Shown here: in pieces, positions 48,756 to 57,182 of the stretch
Layout: each line of letters begins with the position of its first letter
Numbering within the stretch: the stretch's first letter is position 1
Origin: a virus
DNA length: 64,000 nucleotides
Virus record (IMG/VR): IMGVR_UViG_3300034105_002232
Reading direction: 5' to 3' (one strand)
Notes under the pieces: generated by a model
Seen by the model: the letters and a program-made list of their open reading frames with translations, nothing else
Told to the model about the DNA's origin: nothing
The model's database searches: none
Position numbers and translations under genes: made by a program

Positions 48756-49253
48756 TTAAATAGCTAGTGCCATTTCTTCGAATGTTTTGCATTTGTGATT
48801 CCACATGTTATTACTAATTTTAGGTGCACCTGTGTCTTTGTCAAACGGGATGGTATGTTCTTTTAGTATAGCAGGAAACGAAAAATAGTAAAATTTCTCC
48901 TGGATTCCTTCGTACACACAGGCAAGAATATGTTCTTTGTTATCACATCCTGCTATGCCAGCAGCATAGCTGGCACCCCGGTTATACCGTCTTGCTATGC
49001 TAAATTTAGCATCTGCACCATTGTCAAAATCAGACCCTACGCCTAATGTAATTGAAATCTTTTTATTAACTGTAGCGATTGCAATTTCAAGTAAATCTTC
49101 ATAACCAAGGCAATAAAGTTTTTTAATTTCAAACGGAAAATAAGCACCTTTATGCTTTTCTATTATCAAAATTAAATGTTTTTGAATTTTGGTATTTTGT
49201 TTAATTTTTTTGTCGTACCAATCTGCTTTAAATCTATCTCTAGTAACTGACAC
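48756..49253 (-). CDS. AT-rich hypothetical protein, possibly PD-(D/E)xK nuclease-like
   Basis: E..SD..DAK spacing; weak support. Confidence 0.4.
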   Translation of the reverse strand: MSVTRDRFKADWYDKKIKQNTKIQKHLILIIEKHKGAYFPFEIKKLYCLGYEDLLEIAIATVNKKISITLGVGSDFDNGADAKFSIARRYNRGASYAAGIAGCDNKEHILACVYEGIQEKFYYFSFPAILKEHTIPFDKDTGAPKISNNMWNHKCKTFEEMALAI

Positions 49254-49255
49254 AA

Positions 49256-49645
49256 TTATCTCCTCATTGAACTGATGTCTTTGGCTTCTTGGTCGCTAAA
49301 AATAGGCACTGCATTACTTTTATGCATGGTACCAATGCCCACAATCTTATCGCCGGTATATTGCGGAGTTTGTTTGATGGTGACTGCGCCAGTGTGGCCG
49401 GTATCCAGGCTGGGCAATGATCTCAATTCGGCCAGACGTGGATTAACTGGTGCCTTGTATGGCGCTGCACGGAGTCCACGAATACGACGTTTCTCATCAG
49501 CATCAACACCCCATTTGGCCTGTAGCTGTTTCCAATCTTGATCCAATTGTTCGGCTTGTTGTTTTTGGGCAGCACTGGACCATTTTTGCTTACCCTTGCG
49601 TTTGCCATTTGTGGATAACCACGGACCTTCCATGTGCATTGACAT
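49256..49645 (-). CDS. Hypothetical phage protein
   Basis: GIGTMHKSNAVPIF motif. Confidence 0.7.
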   Translation of the reverse strand: MSMHMEGPWLSTNGKRKGKQKWSSAAQKQQAEQLDQDWKQLQAKWGVDADEKRRIRGLRAAPYKAPVNPRLAELRSLPSLDTGHTGAVTIKQTPQYTGDKIVGIGTMHKSNAVPIFSDQEAKDISSMRR

Positions 49646-49676
49646 AATTAATCCCAAAATAAGTGTATAGAGTTAC

Positions 49677-49705
49677 AGTATAGCAGAGTTGGTATTTTAG
49701 GTCAA
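49677..49705 (-). promoter_or_regulatory. sigma70-type promoter
   Basis: TTGACC-17bp-TATACT with extended TG. Confidence 0.75.
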
Positions 49706-50125
49706 CGGTCCAACCACTTCAAACCCGTCTATTTGTTGCTTGTACGCATCGTCGAGTCCCAAATATAGGTATCTAAATCCACGAGCCCGATACACTGCGC
49801 ACTCGTTTTTTAGGCTGTGTATGCCCAATCTCAGTTCAGGATCAACATAATCCCATGCAAATTGCACACATTCGGCATTTTGTGTATCGTAGCGTTTGAT
49901 CAAGCTAAAAGCTATTAACTGTTTGTTGTGATAGTATCCAATTACATCTGTGCCAGGATCTTGGTATTGACTGTCAAATATGGGCATCACACTGACAAAT
50001 TTTTTGTATTCGCAATAGCGGCGGTAGATTTGATTCAATTGATCAATAGGCGGTGTGGTCAGGTACTGCCAATTGTTCAGGATACTGTAGTTTGTTTGAT
50101 CAAGAACAATTCTAGAAAACTTCAT
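49697..50125 (-). CDS. Aminoacyl-tRNA-protein transferase (ATE/Bpt C-terminal domain-like)
   Basis: YY..QLIAF..WDY....RLG..SL..E....R..G.RYLYLG pattern. Confidence 0.65.
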   Translation of the reverse strand: MKFSRIVLDQTNYSILNNWQYLTTPPIDQLNQIYRRYCEYKKFVSVMPIFDSQYQDPGTDVIGYYHNKQLIAFSLIKRYDTQNAECVQFAWDYVDPELRLGIHSLKNECAVYRARGFRYLYLGLDDAYKQQIDGFEVVGPLT

Positions 50126-50610
50126 GTTTGTATATATCGCCAATCAACCACTTGGGCTAAATTTTCTTCACTCCAACCATCATAATAGCCTTTGGCTCGC
50201 AGCAGATCTGCAGACTCATTGATCTTGGTCAACTTCTGTAATACCATGAGTCCACAGTGACCAAAATTCATGCAAACTCCTGATATCATTTCTTCAGCGT
50301 CAGGATGATCTTCTAGCACCACGTAATCTTTATACATCAGGATACTGTTTATGTGTTTGGTGAATAATTCTATCTGACTAGCGGAAAATTTTGTGTGATC
50401 AAAACATAACACCACAACATCATAATCATCCAAAAAGGTGACATAATTAGCAATCTCTAAAGGGTTGTCAAATACCACGTGGATTTTATTGGCAATCCTG
50501 GCCTGCCGTGCATAAGGACAAGGAGCCCAGTTAGCAAGTAACGGATTTGGGTTTTCAACAAAGTTGATCAACCATTGAGTCAGTTGTTGTCTGATTTGAT
50601 CTTGATCCAT
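50122..50610 (-). CDS. DUF1415-like protein
   Basis: W...FVE..PCPYA and DHP motifs. Confidence 0.5.
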   Translation of the reverse strand: MDQDQIRQQLTQWLINFVENPNPLLANWAPCPYARQARIANKIHVVFDNPLEIANYVTFLDDYDVVVLCFDHTKFSASQIELFTKHINSILMYKDYVVLEDHPDAEEMISGVCMNFGHCGLMVLQKLTKINESADLLRAKGYYDGWSEENLAQVVDWRYIQT

Positions 50611-50897
50611 TGCAGTTCTTCATTTTTGTATGTTGATATATTGATCTTAGGGTAACGCTGTTGTGCCAACGCAATTACCTGTTCTTTGGTATCGGCCTGG
50701 GCAACAAAATTGTTATCAACATCGTAACAAAGAACAACATTGTGGCCGTTTTGCTCAACTTGCTCAAAAACCACCATCTTGTGATGTTGCTCAATGGATT
50801 CCGCAGTTGAAGACTTGATATTGTGTACAGTTAGCCATACCGTGACCACACGATACAGAAACCAGATAGTTATTGCATAACCAAGCAATTCAAACAT
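50580..50897 (-). CDS. Membrane-anchored hypothetical protein
   Basis: N-terminal TM segment. Confidence 0.6.
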   Translation of the reverse strand: MFELLGYAITIWFLYRVVTVWLTVHNIKSSTAESIEQHHKMVVFEQVEQNGHNVVLCYDVDNNFVAQADTKEQVIALAQQRYPKINISTYKNEELQWIKIKSDNN

Positions 50898-50905
50898 GTT
50901 TGATC

Positions 50906-51037
50906 CTAGGCATAATCACGAATAATTTGTTCAACTTGCTCAAGGTCCACGCCCAGTGCCCGAGCAATTTTGATTGCTGGGTGTCCTTCTTTGTGCATCT
51001 CTAACACATCAAGTATTAGTCCTTTGTATGCTGCCAT
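50906..51037 (-). CDS. 43-aa helix-turn-helix protein (not in ORF track)
   Basis: MAAYKGLILDVLEMHKEGHPAIKIARALGVDLEQVEQIIRDYA; AAGGA SD. Confidence 0.7.
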   Translation of the reverse strand: MAAYKGLILDVLEMHKEGHPAIKIARALGVDLEQVEQIIRDYA

Positions 51038-51047
51038 CACGTTTCCT

Positions 51048-51878
51048 TTACGTCCAAAGTGCATCTCTAATTTTGATCAGGCGAATCATCATGGCCTCAT
51101 CCTCCGTGCTGTACTTATCTTCTAGCTCACGCATTTTCTCATGCATGGCGTCAGTGTTAACTGCATCATCACCGTAGTCATCTAGATCGTCTAATATACC
51201 TCGACCATTACCCCATCTTGTCTCGCAGTAGGCTGTCCATCCGCTGGCTTCCATGGGCTCTACACGCATGGGTCGATACACAGTCCACCAGTAATACAGG
51301 TCAAGTATTTCCTGTGCGCGAACAGCTTGATAAGTGGGTTTGCCATACTCGGGATTATCTTTGTCCGTCCACTCATCATCTTGTTTGAGACCACGTGCCC
51401 AGTCAAGACTGGCTATACCAGCAGCCGGGCTGCGCCAAGTGCGCCAACGAAACCATCCAGTAGTATACCAAGGTGCAGCAAATTGCTTGTAGGCATCCTG
51501 GTTCCAGGCCACATGACTCCAGGCCTGTTCTACTTCTACAAAATCAACAAGCTCATTGAACAGGCAATAAAGAAACCGGTTACCAACGTCCAGCCAACTA
51601 CCGGGTTTGATATCTCGTGGATGGGCAGTAAGAGCATGAGTGCGAGTAACCCAACGGTTATTAACATAATACTTAATATCATACAATTTGTCCGGGATGT
51701 AAAAAATAAAGTTCTGCAGATAAGTTAGCCCATCGTCGGCCAACCAGTAACGAACAGGATGTGCCTGTTTGGCTCGGGCTGTCCACTCACGCCAACCTTT
51801 ACTGGTCTCTGCAGCGGGGCTTGCTGTGCCACGCAGCCAGTCGGCAAATTTACTGCAACTCCAATAGTGATTTCTCAT
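51048..51878 (-). CDS. Trp-rich hypothetical protein
   Basis: Start MRNHYW via ATGA overlap. Confidence 0.7.
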   Translation of the reverse strand: MRNHYWSCSKFADWLRGTASPAAETSKGWREWTARAKQAHPVRYWLADDGLTYLQNFIFYIPDKLYDIKYYVNNRWVTRTHALTAHPRDIKPGSWLDVGNRFLYCLFNELVDFVEVEQAWSHVAWNQDAYKQFAAPWYTTGWFRWRTWRSPAAGIASLDWARGLKQDDEWTDKDNPEYGKPTYQAVRAQEILDLYYWWTVYRPMRVEPMEASGWTAYCETRWGNGRGILDDLDDYGDDAVNTDAMHEKMRELEDKYSTEDEAMMIRLIKIRDALWT

Positions 51879-52162
51879 TGTTTGATCTCTTTCTGTACAG
51901 CCGGATCTGTTTGTTTTTCGTTCACACAATAGCCGCCTTTGAACTGATAAACTGTTGATTCCACAGACATTCTTTCATAAATTTCATTGTTGAAACACTT
52001 GTACGGGTCTTTGTATATGTTTATACCATAATAATACACGCCATATCCGATACCACCCAGTACACCCAGTACCAATACCAAAATCACAATGCTTTTGAGG
52101 TTGCCCATGAGACTGGGTATAAACGCCAGTATCTGCGGCAAGAACTTTAATATGTCTTTCAT
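51875..52162 (-). CDS. Membrane protein
   Basis: TM segment. Confidence 0.6.
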   Translation of the reverse strand: MKDILKFLPQILAFIPSLMGNLKSIVILVLVLGVLGGIGYGVYYYGINIYKDPYKCFNNEIYERMSVESTVYQFKGGYCVNEKQTDPAVQKEIKQ

Positions 52163-52377
52163 TCAGCAATCCCAAAATGTTTTTTGATTTCGTACTCTAG
52201 TATACTTGAACTCTTGGCTTGTGTAAACCCTTGTGGGGTATTTTCTGCATCTTTGATTACCTGAATGCATTCTGCTATCAGCCTGTTTGCGAAACGTTGC
52301 CCGGTTGAATTCCACATAGGGCTAAGGTAAATGTTAAAATGCGACTGTTCGGCTAGTTCTTTAAAAGGATCATCCAT
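52159..52377 (-). CDS. Diverged MNERI/KFAELIV/HFGVEE family member
   Basis: ELAEQ, RFANRLIAEC and IKKHFGIAE. Confidence 0.7.
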   Translation of the reverse strand: MDDPFKELAEQSHFNIYLSPMWNSTGQRFANRLIAECIQVIKDAENTPQGFTQAKSSSILEYEIKKHFGIAE

Positions 52378-52394
52378 TGTTCAATTCCAAAAGG

Positions 52395-52781
52395 TCAAGG
52401 TGTGTCTTGATTGGATAGGTCAGCCCCATCCTTGAATGCTTGTTTTATATTCTTTTTAAAATCTTCTTGCTTACTACTATTTTCAATCCTGGCACGGCGA
52501 TCATATTGTGATTCTGCGCTGTTAATATCGGAAGGAGGATAATAACGACCTATACCTTCCACGGTAGGTTCGGCTATACCAAACTTCTTTCTTAGATTGG
52601 ATTGATCTGTTTGGCTACCCAAAGAATTAATACATTCCCGCACAATCAACTCGGCGAACTTTTGTTCAAACATTTCATTATAATACTTTGTAGACCATTC
52701 AGTAGGGTCTTGAGTGAGTTCTACTTTCGCAAAAGCATACTGCCTAGCCTGTTCAGCAAGTAGTCGAATTCGTTCGTTCAT
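52395..52781 (-). CDS. MNERI/KFAELIV family member with C-terminal extension
   Basis: MNERIRLLAEQA..KFAELIVREC..KFGIAE. Confidence 0.8.
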   Translation of the reverse strand: MNERIRLLAEQARQYAFAKVELTQDPTEWSTKYYNEMFEQKFAELIVRECINSLGSQTDQSNLRKKFGIAEPTVEGIGRYYPPSDINSAESQYDRRARIENSSKQEDFKKNIKQAFKDGADLSNQDTP

Positions 52782-52876
52782 AGTCCAAGCCTTCCTAAAA
52801 TATTGCCCAACCACATCATTCCAACTCCAAGCATAATGGTGCCAACGATTAATATTTTGATTTCAGTTCTATTCAT
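52778..52876 (-). CDS. 32-aa single-TM peptide (not in ORF track)
   Basis: MNRTEIKILIVGTIMLGVGMMWLGNILGRLGL; ATGA overlaps at both ends. Confidence 0.7.
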   Translation of the reverse strand: MNRTEIKILIVGTIMLGVGMMWLGNILGRLGL

Positions 52877-53091
52877 TCTTCTACTCCGAAATGTAATATA
52901 CCACCTGTGCCGTTGTCAAAGTGTTGTTCAATACGCTGGGCATAATGGTCGCCTTCTTTGGTGCCATCCATTACAGCATTAGTACATTCAAATACGATCA
53001 ACTCGGCGAACTTTTCTATAATATCTTCAAAATCATCGCCATACTTATAAAACCCTGCTTGTTTAGCAAATTCTTTAATTCGTTCGTTCAT
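52873..53091 (-). CDS. MNERI/KFAELIV/HFGVEE family member
   Basis: All three blocks present. Confidence 0.8.
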   Translation of the reverse strand: MNERIKEFAKQAGFYKYGDDFEDIIEKFAELIVFECTNAVMDGTKEGDHYAQRIEQHFDNGTGGILHFGVEE

Positions 53092-53297
53092 CGCCATTCT
53101 CCTGATCTACGGATTTCTTCGTCAGTAAACTGTCCGCCCATACGGTCTGGATTCTCAATCCAATCACGGGTAGATTTAGTTTGGTCAATGACCATTTTAA
53201 GTTGCTGGATTTCTTTGTCTTTCATCGTCAACATGACCTTGGCCATCTCTAATCGTTCTTCAACGGGAAATGCCTCATTGTCTAAAATCTTGTTCAT
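53088..53297 (-). CDS. Unrelated hypothetical protein inside the array
   Basis: ATGA overlaps at both ends; PDRMGGQF motif. Confidence 0.7.
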   Translation of the reverse strand: MNKILDNEAFPVEERLEMAKVMLTMKDKEIQQLKMVIDQTKSTRDWIENPDRMGGQFTDEEIRRSGEWR

Positions 53298-53533
53298 TCT
53301 TCAACTCCGAAATGTTCTGCGATACGGTTGACTGCTAAATCAACATAATAAACACAATCCTCTGGTGTACTTGTATAACTGTCGCCTGCAACTTCCATAC
53401 ACTCACGCACAATCAACTGGGCGAACTTTTCTATATGTTCCTCTACCGCCAACTCATGACCTTTATAGTCAACTGGCATATATGCTCCAAGACCAGAGCG
53501 ATCATATAGTGCTAGTAAAAGTCTTTTGTTCAT
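53294..53533 (-). CDS. KFAQLIV/HFGVEE family member
   Basis: Blocks B and C present. Confidence 0.8.
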   Translation of the reverse strand: MNKRLLLALYDRSGLGAYMPVDYKGHELAVEEHIEKFAQLIVRECMEVAGDSYTSTPEDCVYYVDLAVNRIAEHFGVEE

Positions 53534-53742
53534 TCTTCAACTCCGAAATGTTCTTTAATCGCTTTGTGGATCATGTGACTTCTATCTGCTTTTTCCAAGT
53601 TATGTTGTCTAGCAAATTCAGCACATTCTCTAACAATCAACTCGGCGAACTTTTTACATTCTGGCATATCCCAGTGCCCAATACCAAACATATCTTTTTC
53701 GTACCCAGCCTGTTCAGCAAGTAGTCGAATTCGTTCGTTCAT
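53530..53742 (-). CDS. MNERI/KFAELIV/HFGVEE family member
   Basis: All three blocks present. Confidence 0.8.
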   Translation of the reverse strand: MNERIRLLAEQAGYEKDMFGIGHWDMPECKKFAELIVRECAEFARQHNLEKADRSHMIHKAIKEHFGVEE

Positions 53743-53969
53743 TCTTCAACTCCAAAATGTCGTGCTATTGCTAATCCTACCCACGCTACACCTGTTTTTT
53801 CTTTATTATCATCAAGCATAGCATCTACTTTATCAACCTGTGCCAAGCATTCCTTAACAATCAACTCGGCGAACTTTTGTGCATCAAAATGTAGATGCCC
53901 ATCAATCAGTACTCCGTTGACGTAATGGCTCCAGCATTGCTTTTCAAATTCTCGAATTTGTTCGTTCAT
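53739..53969 (-). CDS. MNEQI/KFAELIV/HFGVEE family member
   Basis: All three blocks present. Confidence 0.8.
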   Translation of the reverse strand: MNEQIREFEKQCWSHYVNGVLIDGHLHFDAQKFAELIVKECLAQVDKVDAMLDDNKEKTGVAWVGLAIARHFGVEE

Positions 53970-54223
53970 TCTTTTTCTCCTACCTGGATATTGATCCCAA
54001 AATGCTTCTTGATTGCATCAGCATACTCATGCCCAGTCCTGGCAGTCTTGTTCTTCCTGATCACAATACAGGCTTCTAACAACAACAGGTGAGCCAGAAC
54101 CTCTGCGTACAATGTTACATCTGTATATATTCCAAAAGGACAATATATCTTACCATCTCTACCAGGGTACACCAATTTGGATTGCCGTAGTAGTTGCAAT
54201 ATGTGTTTGTTAATATCTGACAT
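53966..54223 (-). CDS. Diverged member of the same family
   Basis: LAHLLLLEAC and IKKHFG. Confidence 0.6.
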   Translation of the reverse strand: MSDINKHILQLLRQSKLVYPGRDGKIYCPFGIYTDVTLYAEVLAHLLLLEACIVIRKNKTARTGHEYADAIKKHFGINIQVGEKE

Positions 54224-54225
54224 GA

Positions 54226-55065
54226 TCAAACCTCTAGGTATTTAAGTTGAAAATGATCTGCCTGCTCTTCCTGTCCATCGTAACCCCTGGGATTACATAC
54301 CACACGGCAAGTACCAATCATGTAATCAAACTCGTGATGGGTATGACCGTGTGTCCATAGCTTGATATTGCGATTATCTAAGATAAACTCATCTAGATTG
54401 GTACTGTAGGCTCCGTTCATGATGTGCTCATGTTTGTAGCGAGGATGCGTACTGGCCTTGCTGGGGGCGTGATGCCCCACCACCACGGTCTTCTGTGTGG
54501 GATACACTGCCAGTACCTTTCTGAGTACCTCCAAGAACTTCTTGTGATCCTGTACAGAGTCTTCAGGCAAGAATTTTCTAGTATAGAACCCTTCACGCTT
54601 GGTGGTATTCTTCACAGATTGATAGTCATTCATCATGAAACGAATCTGTTGCATAGTAACAGGATCTTCACCGTTCATGTCTGTCCACAGTGTACCACCA
54701 TAAAACAACACACCGTTGATGATACGCCATTCTTTGTCTAAAAAATGTACATTGTGCAAGTCACCAAAGGTGCCACGAATCGTTTTGGCAGTAGCGGCAT
54801 AGTCACCGTGGTAGTGTTCGTGATTGCCCATGATCAAGATCACCTGCGGGAATCGTTTACTGCAACGTTCAACAAAATCAAAATAACGGCGAGCACGTAG
54901 ATTCATACGAGTGGGCATCAACACATCATTAAATGGTTCAAGATAGTTTAAGTCTTCAACCACAAAGATATCACCACCCAGGATCAAAACATCCGCATCT
55001 TGATCATTGACCAGATCAAGATCACCAAATTCCAAATGCAAATCACTGCACACTGCAATTTTCAT
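54226..55065 (-). CDS. Calcineurin-like metallophosphoesterase
   Basis: SDLH, GGD, GNHE and HGHTH motifs. Confidence 0.9.
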   Translation of the reverse strand: MKIAVCSDLHLEFGDLDLVNDQDADVLILGGDIFVVEDLNYLEPFNDVLMPTRMNLRARRYFDFVERCSKRFPQVILIMGNHEHYHGDYAATAKTIRGTFGDLHNVHFLDKEWRIINGVLFYGGTLWTDMNGEDPVTMQQIRFMMNDYQSVKNTTKREGFYTRKFLPEDSVQDHKKFLEVLRKVLAVYPTQKTVVVGHHAPSKASTHPRYKHEHIMNGAYSTNLDEFILDNRNIKLWTHGHTHHEFDYMIGTCRVVCNPRGYDGQEEQADHFQLKYLEV

Positions 55066-55066
55066 A

Positions 55067-55237
55067 TCATTTCCATTTTAGTGCAAAATGCGATGCTGCT
55101 GCATTACTGGTGAATCCAAAGGTATAAATGGCACGTATATGTGTATCCATGTCCAACTGCCAATCGTAATCTTGACTTTGTAACCACGTGGCTGCTTGTG
55201 TAGCAGCATCAGTTCCGGTAATTGTTATTTTATACAT
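55067..55237 (-). CDS. Small hypothetical protein (leaderless start MYKI)
   Basis: Ends F.LKW; ATG 6 nt after the -10. Confidence 0.65.
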   Translation of the reverse strand: MYKITITGTDAATQAATWLQSQDYDWQLDMDTHIRAIYTFGFTSNAAASHFALKWK

Positions 55238-55243
55238 ATACAC

Positions 55244-55272
55244 ATTATAACACACTTACAATTTTAGGTCTA
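55244..55272 (-). promoter_or_regulatory. sigma70 promoter for the phosphoesterase and small-gene array operon
   Basis: TAGACC-17bp-TATAAT with extended TG. Confidence 0.7.
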
Positions 55273-55713
55273 CTTGTTTTTGAGGATGTCAAATATCCGT
55301 TGTTGTTCCAACAACTTTTGTTCCAGTGCTCGATACTGGTCGCCTAGTGTTTTCAGTTGCTGGTAGTCTTGTTCCAGTGCTGGATTGGGTTCAAGCATGC
55401 CCAGTCGGGATTCTACTGCGGTCAACCAGTCGGACAAGTTCCTGCCTTGCAGTATCACGTTGCCTTCAAATTCTGCTGTTCCGCTGACCTTGAGTGATCC
55501 TGGGTTTAGATCAGTGAGATTTGTGTTCCATGATGTGCCTTGGTTTGCCCAGACTGAACTAGGTATGGTAGTACCACCACCTTTTATAGCATATGTAGGA
55601 CTCAGCGGCGCAGTTACTGATCGGGCCGGTCCTTGCGGGATAGCAACATCGTCGACAATTATTGGCACTATACCGTCCCATGTAGATGTACTGCGTTTTG
55701 ATGGTGCGGACAT
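55270..55713 (-). CDS. Hypothetical protein (start uncertain)
   Basis: C-terminal coiled coil. Confidence 0.6.
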   Translation of the reverse strand: MSAPSKRSTSTWDGIVPIIVDDVAIPQGPARSVTAPLSPTYAIKGGGTTIPSSVWANQGTSWNTNLTDLNPGSLKVSGTAEFEGNVILQGRNLSDWLTAVESRLGMLEPNPALEQDYQQLKTLGDQYRALEQKLLEQQRIFDILKNK

Positions 55714-55904
55714 GTTGTAGTTTCTGTCAATTTTGTATTTTTTATTTGTTTGTGCATAATGATTATATTGTAAACATAAATATAACAGTAATGTATTTAT
55801 TTGCGGATATATCATGTAAAATTTAGATTATTAGCAGGTGTAATTGTACTAAGAATTACTGATTACGAGAATAAATAGTTAAAATACGTTAATAGGAATT
55901 AAAA

Positions 55905-56249
55905 ATGATAGAGCTAATTGATACCTTTATAAAACCAGATTCAGCTGAATGGTATGAATATGCTAGTCCACAAGGGTTAGCGGATATTAAAATAATAGAG
56001 GCAGCAATTGATAATTTTATCTCTCTTTCTTTGGGAGAATCCCGGATAAAGATGTACAACGGTAATACAGGCACCGCTACCATTGTTCTTGCAGATTGGG
56101 ATAGAGAAAACGAATGGTACAATTATGTAGACGAGAACCCAGATTTCTTAAATAGTCTAATAAATTGGTTGGTGTACAATAGAGATAACGGGATCAGTCA
56201 AAGTGAGTCACAGCAAAGATTGCTAGATGAACATGTTGACCATGGTTAA
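55905..56249 (+). CDS. Acidic hypothetical protein
   Basis: AGGA SD; upstream ATAAATA. Confidence 0.65.
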   Translation: MIELIDTFIKPDSAEWYEYASPQGLADIKIIEAAIDNFISLSLGESRIKMYNGNTGTATIVLADWDRENEWYNYVDENPDFLNSLINWLVYNRDNGISQSESQQRLLDEHVDHG

Positions 56250-56266
56250 AAATTACTAAGTGATTT

Positions 56267-56340
56267 TGGTTGCAGGACCAGGAATCGAACCTGGGACTGT
56301 AGCTTATGAGACTACCGTTTTACCGCTTCACTATCCTGCG
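56267..56340 (-). tRNA. tRNA-Met(CAT), initiator-like
   Basis: Cloverleaf with C1-A72 mismatch, CAT anticodon, encoded CCA. Confidence 0.8.
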
Positions 56341-56386
56341 ATTGTTCTTACACCAATTTAAAACGCTTTAATACTTGTTCGATTCT

Positions 56387-56581
56387 TTAAATGGAATTAC
56401 TGGCACGCTTGGCCTCTTTTGCATTGTAATGCTCCTCAATTGCTAGTATTGCCCAGGCCACCAATGCAGACATATTGGCATACACCGCAGCCGGGTTATC
56501 TGCGCCGTAGCAGACAATCAAGTTAAACACAGTGATGATGCAAATAGTGGCCGGGAACCATCGTTTGAAAAATATAATCAT
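56387..56581 (-). CDS. 2-TM small protein (start MIIFF)
   Basis: AAGGAG SD. Confidence 0.65.
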   Translation of the reverse strand: MIIFFKRWFPATICIITVFNLIVCYGADNPAAVYANMSALVAWAILAIEEHYNAKEAKRASNSI

Positions 56582-56605
56582 TGCCAACTCCTTGATAGAA
56601 AAATA

Positions 56606-56679
56606 TGGCTCCGGTGGAGAGAATCGAACTCCCACCAGCGGTTTTGGAGACCGCTGCGCTGCCATTACGCCACACCGGA
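56606..56679 (-). tRNA. tRNA-Trp(CCA)
   Basis: GCGGT-CTCCAAA-ACCGC anticodon arm, TTCGA, encoded CCA. Confidence 0.93.
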
Positions 56680-56693
56680 ATTTACTGTACTAA

Positions 56694-56933
56694 TTACTTT
56701 TGAAGAACTTTGTTCAGTCGTTGAACGCTCTCGTCAATCTGCTCTTCCAGTTTCAATTGATTCAGCATGGCTCGATACATGGTCCAGATCAAGCATACAA
56801 TTACACCTGCTGCAAAGACCCACATGAACATTTCAGGATTGAGTTGAAACAACATAACGGTCAATGCTGGGGAAACGATACACAATGCAAAAAATCCAGC
56901 TGTACGTGCTGCTGCACGAATTCGTATATCCAT
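56694..56933 (-). CDS. 2-TM small protein
   Basis: AAGGAG SD; two TM segments. Confidence 0.65.
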   Translation of the reverse strand: MDIRIRAAARTAGFFALCIVSPALTVMLFQLNPEMFMWVFAAGVIVCLIWTMYRAMLNQLKLEEQIDESVQRLNKVLQK

Positions 56934-56955
56934 TCTGTTACTCCTTGATAAAAAA

Positions 56956-57132
56956 TTATTTTAGTTTACGCAAATACTCGATACCATACAGGCCTTTTTC
57001 AAATTCATTGAGTGCTGTTACACAATCACGGTTGGCAGTACCCACAGTACTTTTGTGTCCGTTACGCAATTCGCGTACTCTGACACTGGCCATCAGTACT
57101 AAATTAAATCTATTTTCAATTGGTTTATGCAT
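56956..57132 (-). CDS. rpoZ: RNA polymerase omega subunit-like protein (58 aa, not in ORF track)
   Basis: MHKPIENRFNLVLMASVRVRELRNGHKSTVGTANRDCVTALNEFEKGLYGIEYLRKLK matches the NRF.LVL.A..R.R.L and V.AL.E...G omega signature. Confidence 0.8.
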   Translation of the reverse strand: MHKPIENRFNLVLMASVRVRELRNGHKSTVGTANRDCVTALNEFEKGLYGIEYLRKLK

Positions 57133-57182
57133 ATTTCTTTCATGTGTGTTTGCTTACTTAGCTAACGAACTTGTATTTAAGG

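Larger units (their letters stand above)
52642..53877 (-). repeat. Interspersed constant DNA blocks of the small-gene array
   Basis: AAAGTTCGCCGAGTTGATTGT x5; CATTTCGGAGTTGAAGAATGAA x4; 36-bp identity between 52746-52781 and 53707-53742. Confidence 0.9.

Noticed and set aside
52642-53877. CRISPR array or integron attC array
   Set aside because: The repeats are in-frame coding blocks of three alternating types, non-palindromic and irregularly spaced. There is no cas gene or integrase in the window.
56669-56677. GGTGTGGCG shared by the tRNA-Trp 5' end and the QGVAEG repeat
   Set aside because: Only 9 bp, so compatible with chance.
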